Origin: Phallusia mammillata
Taxonomy: Eukaryota
Direction of reading: 5' to 3'
NCBI GenBank assembly: GCA_965637545.1
Contig: OZ281496.1
Location: 29,016,001-29,080,000, forward strand
DNA: 64,000 bases
Positions within the stretch are counted from its first letter, which is position 1. The number at the start of each line of letters is the position of its first letter. A program made the translations under genes and the position numbers. This document shows, piece after piece, positions 36,030 through 47,700 of the stretch. The notes beneath the pieces were generated by a model. The model made no database searches, was not told the DNA's origin, and was given only the letters and a program-made list of their open reading frames with translations.

Positions 36030-36954
36030 CGGTAAAGTGCTTTTAAACCATCATTTTGACACATCAGTTTTGTTATTTTGCTCTTAAGCAAGAAATGAAA
36101 AATTTAACTTCGAAAGCATGACTTTTTGTTCCAACGATGTTGTTTGTGACATATGGCATTAATCGGAGTTACTTTACGGTAGCATGTTTTCTCATGAGTT
36201 ATTACTGAAAATCCATATTAAGTGTAAATCCATACTAGTTAATGTTCCTGGTATGTTGTTGTGTTTACATAGCCTAATCATAAGATTAAATGTTGCGTAA
36301 ACCGCTTATTACGAAAAATTTATTTGTTCAAATACTTTTCCAGCAGATATTTTTTTGTATCATATTTGTTAGATTTTGACTTAATTAATGCAAGTTAAAA
36401 AAGATTATGTTTCGCAATGATCGCAAAAAAACCAATGATTTATCGTTGATCTTCCTTTTTCGTTTCCCTGTTCAATTACCTTGAGAAAAATGAGACCTTG
36501 TGCGTGTTGTGTAACCAGAAGAAATAAACAGAATCGTTTGTGAATCATTGGGCTTTATGCAGCAAACTTCAAGAATTGTGATAATGAACTTACTCGCCAG
36601 TGAAGGCCACCGATATGAACCACTAGAAGCAGAAGAAACGAGTAGCTTTCAAGTAAGGAATAACATAGCGGTCACTCATAGGTTCTCTTTGCCAACGCAA
36701 TGTGTTGTGGTAGTGTTTAAAATAAGCTAAACATTGCCTGCGCCTACTTTTCTTTCCCATTCTCTTCCACTAAAATGTATTATAACAAACGGTTGTGCAT
36801 CAGCTTTTTATAGTTGTTTACAAAGTTGTGTTCTGTGACGCTCATGTAAAAGTATGTTTAGTTACAATGAAGGGATCAGACATCTTAAATAAACGTAACA
36901 CGTTGAGGTATTATGTTGGTTAAGTGAAAAAAAAATGATTCAAGAGAAAACAAA

Positions 36955-39900
36955 CTAACAAGGTGGTTTGCAAAACTGTTTTTCAGCTTGTTTGAAGTAA
37001 CCTTCGATGTCAGGATTTTCGACGTCAATCATAAATAATCTGTCGTCATCACCCGTGATGTCTCGGAACTCCTCCATGACAAGTTGCTTGCTGCGTGACG
37101 TCAGTGCTATGACGTTGGTCTGTAAAAAGGATAAATAAAAAACTGACTTACGTTGTCAACAACAAGTTTTTTTTTCTGATGATTTGGTTTGGGGAGTAGT
37201 TTATCTTCTCATCAATTACAAATTGGTTGACTTAGTTTCGTTCGTCTGTAGCTAAATTTGTGTTAATTTAGAACAGCTAAACATGGAAGTTTTTGTAAAA
37301 AACTGCTGAAGTTTTTGTAAAAATGAAATCCCAACTAAACATGGACGCTGCTGGTTAAGTTAAAATGTAAGACGAAAGTTAAGTTTATTTTTTGGGATTG
37401 GTTCGGGGTGACGTCACACTCGGTCTCATTTGTGCAGCTATTCACCAAAGTTCGGGCCTGAAACGGGCTTGGTTAGAAAATCAGCTTTGGTCTGGATTTC
37501 GGGCTTATAATGTCAGGTTAGTTTCCAGTTTCGGGCTATGTTGTTTCGAGTGTCATGTCTTCCTTCATAAATTAGACACATTTTTGGATATAAATGCCAT
37601 GGTATGTTCCTGTACTTACAGAGTAACCAAGCTCTCTTGCTCGTTTAGCTGGTTCTTTGACGTCGTCATTAGAATTGCTATCAGTAATTACTGTCAAAGC
37701 TTTTGGTACTTCCAGCCCTCTAGCTCCAGCTTGAATTGAGTAAAAATGATTCAAGGCGTGTTGAATTGCTGCTCCCGTATTCACCAAGCCATCCTCTGTC
37801 GATTTGAAGAAGGATTATTTAAAAATATTTACACTTCGTATCTGTCATTATGCACCAATTGTCCCCTCCACTTTGTAGTTGCCGACTTGGTGGTTATTTT
37901 AGTGCAATTATGTTGCTATGCTTTCTTTTACCGAAATAAAACTATAATAAAACTAACAAAAAGGGAAATAAAACTAACTTAACTCCAAAAATGGGAGATA
38001 TTTTCTCGCAAAATACATCTTGAATCAAAGTTGTAAGTCGGGCCGGCCTTACGCCACTATTCGTGTCCGTAATGTTTTTTAAATATAAATCCTTGAAGTA
38101 GTTAATTGTTGGACTTAACCTAATGCCTTATAGCGCTAAAACGTCATGTTTAAACGACTGTCTATTCGTTTCCATTGTGTATGTTTTTTTTAATTATAGG
38201 CCTGTCAAAACGAGTCGGGTTCGGACTCGTATATCGGGCCTGCTTACAACTCTGCTTAAAATGTTACCAGTGTTCATCGGCACCAGCCTTGTCGTTAGTA
38301 ACCCAGTTAAAACGGCCACGTCTCCCTGGTATTCGTTAAAGAAATGCTGGGATGATAACAGAGGGCTTCCACTATAGTAAAATCCGGCGAACAAAGCGGA
38401 GTCAAGTCCAATTGCTACGCGTCTGAAACAGTAACTTAATTAAGGCTAAACAATAGGACAGTTACAAAGTCCTGCATGAGCTAATTTATACACAAAACAA
38501 AACAAATGTAACAAACTATTTAGACAAAACCTATAGTTTGAGCTTGAGACAAAATAACAAACCGGAGATATACAGATTTATAACTTGGTTTTTGCTTAAA
38601 AATTTGTACCTTTCTAAGATTGCACAAAAACGGTTTTACATTCTTTAAAATTTAAATCATTGCACATTTTTTGGGCTGGTGTAAAAGTATTTTTGTTGGA
38701 AATTGAATGTATTTTTACCTTGCAGATTGTGCAATGAGATACATAACAGTTCGGAAGCTTTCGTTGTTGGAAGTGTGATAAAGAAGCACTGAGTCGTAGA
38801 CAAAGTATGGTGGACAGGGTTCTGTGTGAATAAATGTACAGAAATTTTAAACCGGAGTTCTAAACCTGGGTCTGGCAATCGCGTAACAGAAGGGAAGCAT
38901 TGACATGAATATAAGCATTTGCTTCTTAATTAATCATTGACGTTAAATGAACATTTGTTTATCTGGTAAATTATAAGATCCACTGAATAGGTATGTTCAT
39001 TTTACTACATAAAGCACTGGAGATTCAGCGCAAATACAATGGTGCCTAAACTGTATTAATTATAACTACAAGATCCGAAATACTTAGAAAATCAGTGAGA
39101 AAGTATTTAATTTCCATGTACTAAATTAACCCAAGTTGAAAACCTCTAGTCTGTTTCTGGTATAGCTTAGTTTGCGTAACAAGCTAAGACAAACCACTTT
39201 AGCCAACAAACACAGCTTAGGGGGCATTGTCTAACATTTGTCCTGTATCATCTGAACTGAACTTGTTTGAAACATTTTTTCTTTTCTGGTATCTTACTTG
39301 CGCAACAGGGTAAAGGCCTCGACCATGATCCAGTTTTCAAACATGTTGTGGTGTCGAAATCAGCAGGGTAAACTTGGTATGGCTCTTCGTCACACGTTAC
39401 TTTGCAAACAGAACCAGCCCTATGATCGTCACTGCATGATAAAGAGACGTGGGGAGTTGTTGGAATTGCAGGGCAACCTGACCAAGAGAAATTAAGTGTC
39501 AAGTAATGACATACAATTGAGTAAAAAGTTTTAAAGTGTAATGCCCTAACTAAGTATGTATAAGTATAAATGAATGACATTCAGGTAAGGTACGAATAAA
39601 TATCGAGTCACTATTTAAGTTATAAACTGAAAAGATTAAGTTCACGTACGATTTCTGCATTAAGTAAACTATACTGTACATGATTTACAGTTTCTAGTAT
39701 TTGAAATGGAAACAAGTCGAGGCATTTGGAAAAACTTCAGGATATTCGTAAACAAGGATGCATAACCAACTAAAATAACAAACTACAGTGTACGAATTTG
39801 AATGATAGATCAATGTATTGGCTGAAGTTAGCATCAAAACAAGGCCCAAACCTTGCGTCCTTATGCAAGTCTGTGTGGCAGTGTTGCAGGCGTCACCATG

Positions 39901-40920
39901 ACAACAACACGTACATCGTGAGTTGGGTTGATCATCGTTACAAGCAGATGAATACTCGTCCTGTGCTGAGTTCTGGTAAACAAGTAAATTGGCGATTTAT
40001 GAGTTTAGGCGGTTGGATTGGAATCTAAACACATGTGCACGTTTTTGACCTGATTTTCATTTCTCTTGCATGTAACATCTTCCTTGCAGCCTTTTACGAC
40101 GAAAACGTTTTTGTCCACACGTCTTACTATCGTTTGACATACGTCCTGTTTTCGAAATGACAAAGATTAGTTATATTTTTCACCAAAAGCGACATGCTTA
40201 TACCCAACAAACTCCAAAACATAAAAGTTTGGCGTCATCTGCGATAAAAATTAATGCAGAAATGCAATTATATAAGCTACGGATGATCATCATACGTTTT
40301 ATTTTGTTTTGATTATACAGTTGCAACGAAAAGACCGTAGAAACAAACAGATAACGTCGTTGTCGCTAAACTAACAAACTTATGAATGTGAAACACTGAC
40401 GTTATTTCCTGTACACGTTGCCAGTTTTCCGTGTTTTGCACAATCTTCGGGGCTGTCCATTTCAGTGCAGGTCCAACACTCCAAACCTTAAAACATCAAT
40501 AAGAAAACATTGTAGCAGGCCTTATTTTGACACGACATAGAACTATTTCAACAGGTAATTAAGTAGAAGTTCTATTTGAGTTAGAAAGTGAATTAGGCAA
40601 TGGAGTCCTTTTTTACCATCAAGTGTTTTATTGTGAAAAGTTTTTTTTGGTTTGAAGTTGGTAAAACAGCTATAAGAGTTTGTGTCAGTCAATGTTTTGA
40701 AACTACCTCGTACCGCATAGCATCTTTGTTCTGTTGTTTAACCGTGATGTGACTGTTGTTCGTTATTAGTGGTAGTTAATATTAATGAATATAAGCTTGC
40801 ATTGAATATACACAACAATAATACTACTTAAGTTGTCTTGTACCTATGAAGCATGTCAACCTTCTTACCTGCAACTTGCCAGATCATCAACAAGGCAACA
40901 AGAACTCTGCACAATTCCAT
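36955..40920 (-). CDS. Secreted protein, 377 aa: signal peptide, Cys-rich LU/three-finger-like domain, sushi (CCP), vWA
   Basis: Nine phase-consistent exons (40920-40869, 40486-40401, 40145-40050, 39972-39852, 39477-39298, 38821-38719, 38422-38268, 37795-37620, 37119-36955) total 1134 nt. Segments: MELCRVLVALLMIWQVAG; LECWTC...KGC...CCHGDACN; GCPAIP...C...C...GSWSRPLPCC; vWA NTGAAI and ITDS; ends FCKPPC*. Confidence 0.85.
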
Positions 40921-41814
40921 AGTTGACAATTTAACTCCTACTGTATACTGTAAACAGATGTGCTCGCCTTTAAGTAGTCTCGACTTGTATGAAAGACACG
41001 TTTTCGGTGTAAATCGGAAGCGTTTTGCGACTGGAACGTGTTTCACTTTACAACGTGATTTGCAAAATTAACCTCGTTTCAAGGAACAGTAACAAACTGA
41101 CCTGATCATGTCGGGTTTTCGTGCTCTTTCGCATAAACATCGGACAAACGAACAGCAAATGGCCGGGATTTTTCTCTGCTTTACGAGGGATTTTCGTGCA
41201 TTCGAGTCGATGGACCGATAATTTAATCAGTCTAAAAATACTTAAGGGATTTTGTTCAGTGGCCGGTAATCTATTTTGGGCTCTGAAAACTTTTATTGAA
41301 TCATCAGTTTCCTTTTATAAATCAGATTTAACAGAAACATGAAATGGTTAACTTTCTGTTTTTTGTTGTTGATTAATTTGTCTGTCATATTTTACTTGTT
41401 TCTTGGCCCCAACTTATTATATTTTTCTCCGTCTATATATAGAATTTTAACAGGTCAGATTTGACATAGGCTGTAACGTCAATCTTGTTCTTAGAAGTTG
41501 CTTTAAAGAGGTTCGTGTACAAATCAGTGATGAAAGGAACCACTGACTTATTAACCCCTTAGTTTAGAGTTTATTTGCGTGTGGTAATTGAGGATTAGTT
41601 TTCATGCCGACCTACAAATATATACAATTTGCAAACTTGTAGCGACAGTAAAAACGAAGAATACACTGTCAGTTGATGACTTTATGAATCAATGATATAT
41701 TGCTTACATACATGGTTAATTTGCTGTTGGATTAATTGGTTAAAATATGAAACAAAATTTATCATTACATCCTTTAAGCGTTTGAAAAAACATGTTTAAA
41801 TGTTCAAAACCAGT

Positions 41815-42658
41815 TTAGTCACATCTGAGTTTCATGTTCACAGCTTTCAAGGCTTCATCCGACCCTTTCCACGGGTCCCAGACAATTTTATCCCACGACT
41901 TTGTGCTGCGGCCCCACGGAGCGTTCAGACTAGCGCGAAAACAGGATTTGTACCAAAAAGCCCCAGAGTTGTGCCGAAAGACACAATGATCATCAGCCCT
42001 GCGTTTTTTTGTTTTTTTTTCATTTGAAGCTTTTGCAGAGCGATTGGGCCTTAATCTAAAGCAAACTCTTTTAAACCTAATCTTTTTTGTTGCTAAAAGG
42101 CTTGAAACGGGCCCTATTCAGGTAGAGCACTGGCCCTTATTAAATAAAATAGTGAAGACTTTTTTGCGCTATTAGAACACAGCAGGGGTTTTGCCCACAT
42201 ACTTGTGTAGCTTGTCAATTTACTAGATACGAAAGGAACTGTTTAAAGCGTTTTTCTGTCCAGGTACTGGCCTAGAAGGTAGACGACACGCTTTTTTGAT
42301 ACGCACCACTAAGAACTTCGAAACCTAAACGCCTTGAAACAGGCCCCTTGTTAAGGTAGAACACTTGCTGTCATTGAAAGAAACCATTTTACGCTTTAAG
42401 AACACACCAAAGCTTACTTCTGTATTTGATCAGCAATATAACTTAATTCTCAGTCCCTCCTTTGACACCCTTTTCCCCCTTCAAACCAATTGGACCCATT
42501 TTTCCCGGCTGACCAGCGCCCCCCTTCTCACCTCTTTGACCCCCGAGCTGACCTGGCGTGACTGTTACGTCATCGCCACAAACAGGAACGGTGACGTAAC
42601 TGCAACTTTGGCCCTTTACTGTCAAAGGTTGCAACAGGCAAAGTAATATAAACCACAT
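41815..42658 (-). pseudogene. Ficolin-like gene copy A with exons 2-5 deleted
   Basis: Exon 1 (signal peptide plus Gly-X-Y repeats) stops at GGTEN* (42443), fused to intron-5-like sequence. The last FReD exon remains at 41998-41815. About 2.85 kb present in copy B is missing. Confidence 0.88.
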
Positions 42659-44775
42659 CTCTTCTGGTTTTGTTTCAAAGTGTAAAAACAATTACACAAT
42701 CAACTAATATATGACTACTGTTTTGTAATACTAACAGGCAACAAGTCAAAGCGTTTCGTTCTCAGCTTTCGCCAAACTATCGATTTACTTCATTTAACCA
42801 CGTTCTTTATCTTATATATTTCATACAACAAGGAAGTCGATACAAAAGCATCAAGCCAATAAATGATATGTAAGCTGTCGACAGTGCACACTGCTTCGAA
42901 GGACTATAATAGACTCATCAGTGCAGGAAGCCAAAAAAGTGCCTTACACACACAGCGTGGATTTTGACTGTCAGAATTAAAAAGAGAATTTCTTTACTTA
43001 ACCGCGACATGCTGTTTTGACGAACACCAGAGCAAATAAAATACCATGGTGCTTCTGGCGCTGCAAACATTAACACACAATTAAGAAAATAAAAAAGACA
43101 CACGACAATGAACCTGCCATTGAAACAAAATGCCTTTTAGGTACTCATATGTGTAAATCAACTCCTTCCAATGGTTTTCAATTACTTTGTTTACCAACGT
43201 TTAAGTGGTGCAGTGAGATACAGATTGTCAAATTGAAGTGTTTGCAATTCTATCAAGTTGTTTTTCTGAGGATTGCAGAACAAAAGGCATTGCATGATCA
43301 TTCATGTACAAAGTAATGCATGGCTGCTAGTACGACTTTGGCCACGTAGGACTCCTCTTTTTCGTGAGCAAGAAACGAAAATTATATAAAACGTTGGAAC
43401 GTTCAAATTACAACGGCAGTGACCTCAGCGTGCGTTTGGCCATTCCTAAACCTGTACTGATCATTAGGGTGGAATATGGTTCCAAAGTTCACAATGTCAG
43501 TATTATATTATATTTAACAACTTAACTTTGGCAGCGCTGGACCAAAGTGGTTTTGCAGAAGTAGCACAGAATCAACACCAACGATGTTATCATCAGGTTC
43601 AGTGACGCCTGAAAGTCTTATGAGTTCTCTGTTTGTGTGCAAAAGTGTGATGTTCTTTGTATGAAAAGTTGCACTGGCCGAGATCTGTTTAATGTTCAAC
43701 TACGGTCGTACACTCAGACAGGATAGGCGGTTTTGACTTACACGAAATAGTTGCTTTTTAACAAAGTCGTAAGGCCATCCGAATGACATGAATGAATAAA
43801 GCTTCACCGCGTCAATTAACGGCAGAAAACAAGCTGTGAAACGACTGATGAATGAACACAGTGGTATCAATTAGGGCCACATGTTGTTGAAATTAAGAAG
43901 TATTTGGCTTAGGTCCACTTATATTTGAGCTGTACGTTTTAGGTTGTTTAATAATGTTTTGATAAACAACGCTGTTTTTAACACAAAGGCGTATCGAAGG
44001 AATGTCGAAGATGGTAAATAAACTAATTTTTTTAGTGAGTTTACTTGTGTTAACAGAATGTAAAAGTGAAAAACGTGATGTTCTCAAAATTGTAAACTTT
44101 ACACGTTTTGGAGGGGAAAAGGTTATTGCAAAAAATGTTGTATGTAAGATAAGTGTTAAAGAAACTGGTATAAAATTGGATGTGTATACACAAAAAAACA
44201 AGTTGTATTTGGTAACATTGATGATTCCCTGAGTATCCTTCCAAATGTTTTGTTCGGTTACAACGCTTAAAATGATGACGCGTGATCTTTTGAAAAAGTG
44301 TTCACACACGGTTCAAATAACGTATCAGTTCGAGTCCCATTCATCGTGACGACACTGAATAGGCGTAGAACAATGGGGTTTGTGTTAATGGAAAATATAG
44401 TTGTGTTGGTGTAATAAAAGTAGAGTAAAGTTAGGTCCTGTACAGAGGGTAATTGTGATTTATTACAGTAGAAATGAAAACCTGCTTTAAAATGTAACGC
44501 AAACTATTGATAACCCAAGTTGTACTTTATTCTGGTCGCACAGCGCCGTACTTTGCCTTAGTTGATATGCAACTAAAAAAATCATTTTTGGTTAAAAGGT
44601 AACTAGAAAACCGTCACATTTTCGAACAGTTTCTTTAGGTTTTTAACATACAAAAAAACGGGTTACTCACGTCGTTGTTGTGTAAGTTCAGGGTTTCGAC
44701 TTTCAGCTAGCTAATAACATTTGCATGTACGTCAATATAGGTGTAGTATAGGAAGTAATTTGTAACGGAAACGCC

Positions 44776-47700
44776 ATGGGTGATGTCTCTACCCCAGAGG
44801 AAAAGACTTTAATAAAAGGATCCAAATCCAAAAGAGAGAGCTGGAATAAATCATGGGACTTTGTACTTGCACTTCTCGGTGGTTCAATAGGACTCGGTAA
44901 TGTGTGGAGATTTCCATATCTCTGCTTCAAGAATGGTGGGGGTAAGTGGGAGTTTGCACAGTTCATGAGTTTCTGTCGACTTGTAATGTAATAAGTTTCA
45001 ATTTTTTTATGTTGAATGAAGCATGCTTTCCAAAAAATAAACAAGGTGAAACCATTTGAGTTCTAGCACATCTGACATTTTAACCAAGTCGACCAAATTA
45101 AGGTACACTGGCGTTGAAGCCTAAAGCATACTGACATAATGCTGTTTATGTGAGAATGGTGACCCTGTAGCAGACTTGGGAAAGGAAAAATATCTGATAC
45201 TTTTTAGTCTTTATTTATCTATCAATGCAAAAATAAAGTGGTGTTTAAAATACGAGAATAGCCTCGCATTATATTTAGTACATAGAAATGCAAGTGTTGT
45301 TTTATGGATTTATAGGAGCTTTTCTGTTTCCTTACCTTTTCTTTGTCATGGTGTTGGGGGTTCCCATGGTGATGATGGAGACTTCAATCGGACAAAGAGT
45401 CAGACGTGGAATTGTGCAAAGCTGGGAGATCGTGCCTGTATTCAAAGGTAAAACATAAATGTGATCAAATGATCAAAGCCATTACTAGTGGGTTTATAGA
45501 TCCTATTATAGCCTCACGATTTATCGCAAGGTGGCTGTCTTAAATAAGTTTTGCCATAACATTCCATTTTGGCCTGGTGTGATTTGATAATTAGATAATT
45601 CCAGTTTGTTTAAATCCGACCACAGAACTGATTAAAATGGTATGTGGAAGAACGGCATTCAATAAGATCAGGTAGCACTTCAAGTAAGCCCTTTAACCGT
45701 CTCTTCACGTTTGTGTATATACTGTTGGTAGGTTTTGTTATAAGCTGGGCAGGCCCTTTGTCGCAATGGCGCTTCTTTTAGCAGTCGTGCTGGTTTCAAA
45801 CATTTGTCTGATGTGTCGAAAACCTGAGTTGCGTCGCTCGCGAGTGAAACATCGGAAGCGTCAACGAATCAACAGAAACCAATAACCTGTGTGTAGTAAA
45901 ATTGTTTAGCAACCAATTAAGAGCGGTCGGATTTAGATTACAAGATGTGCAAAAATCTACAGGTCTGGCGGTCGCCCAAATTGTGGTCAATTTTCATTGC
46001 AATGTTTGCTACGCGGTGATCATGGCGTGGTGTTTCAAGTATTTTCAAGTCAGCTTTATGTCTCCACTGCCCTGGTCGACTTGTGAAAACCCGTGGAACA
46101 CAGACCGCTGCGTTACGGCCAAAGCTTCGACCAATTCTACCCCAACTGAGAATTTTGATACCGGTGCGATCTCACACATGGTAAACGGTTTCCATAATGC
46201 GACAACTGCCTTAGAAGTGACCTCGTCAGCCACGGAGTATTGGTTGTGAGTAAAATCTGGTATAATAGTTTTTCACTCTATGTGACACCGGTAAGGAAAG
46301 ATTATCCTAATCCACAAATGGTAAGCCCACCTACCAACTATTAAAGTCTATGGCTATCTATTTCAAGCGAAACACGATCCTTTGATTTTTAATCAATTTG
46401 GACTTTTGACTCTTACTTATTCACACATACTGACAAAAATGAAACTTTACCAGATTATAGTGGGTATTCATATACGTTTGGCAACATACTGTGATGACAA
46501 AACAACAGTAAATCATAGTAAAATAACCAAAGGGCCAAAACTTTGGTAGTCCATGGTAGCCTTATAGCAAATCTCCACAGCTTTAAGTGTGTTTATTTCC
46601 AGCCGTGGAATATTAGACGTGTCGCCAGCAATCGAGGTTTCTGGCAGTTTTCGTCCAGATCTCGTAATTTGCCTCATAGCGGTTTGGATCCTGGCTTATT
46701 TGGCAACGTTTAAGGGCATCAAGTGGACGGCTAAGGTGCTCTAATTCACAAGTTTTTATTTTGCGTAATAACTTGTCTTGATCTAACAAAGACTGATATA
46801 GTAATGTTTTTTTTCCTCATTAGATTGTATACGTGACAGCCACCTTGCCTTTGCTGCTTATTTTGGTGATCCTGGTTCGTGGCCTAACACTTGAGGGCGC
46901 AACACTCGGCCTTAGATATTATGTCATCCCTGACGTGACAAAAATCATGAAACCAGAGGTAAACAGGTTGTTGAAGTTGTTGTAGAAATATGAATAAAGC
47001 GGAAAAAATAGCAAAATCAAGAGAGCTTTTGCCCTTTTTTTTCTACGCGAGGTTTCCGTGCTCGCTGAGTTCACCTTAGGACATCGGTGTTACGTAACTA
47101 CGGCTACTGTCAAATTCCACGACTCTTATATCGACAGTTTAAAAGGGTTGGCTTAAGAAGTACAGTATTATTACAAACTTCAAAATCCTAAATGCGTATA
47201 TCCGTTTCGTGGTATTACTCCCATGGTTAATTACTGTTGACGCTTCAAAATAACTGCAACCAGACAAACAACGACATACCATTCCAAAACGCACAGCGTT
47301 AGTTGTAAAAACAACAGTTTTGTATCACAATTTCAACAAAAAAATGATTTCTACAAAACAGCAATTTCTCAACTTATTATTCACTACACAGGTATGGGTT
47401 GCGGCTGCAACGCAAGTTCTTTATTCTTTTACCGTGGGTTTCGGGACTTTGACAACTTTGGGAAGCTACAACAGTTACCACCACAACTTCTGGAGGTTTG
47501 TAAAGCAGTACTCCATCATTGTTAGTGTGTGTTTTGCATTGAAAGCAACTGGGGGTAAATGTAAGATACTTGGCGGGACATAAGATGCTTAATTTAGCAG
47601 GATTAGTATTTAAACTTAAAAATTGGCCAAACTTTACCAGTACGATTTCTGAACGTTGATAAAGCGAAATTTCAGTGTTAATTGGTATATTTGTTTGTTT

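Noticed and set aside
17375-36091. Many 60-100 aa ORFs antisense to the methyltransferases (MKLDTSIMN..., MTRTTGNVYE...)
   Set aside because: They are shadow frames repeated only because the sense genes are repeated; they have no independent motifs.
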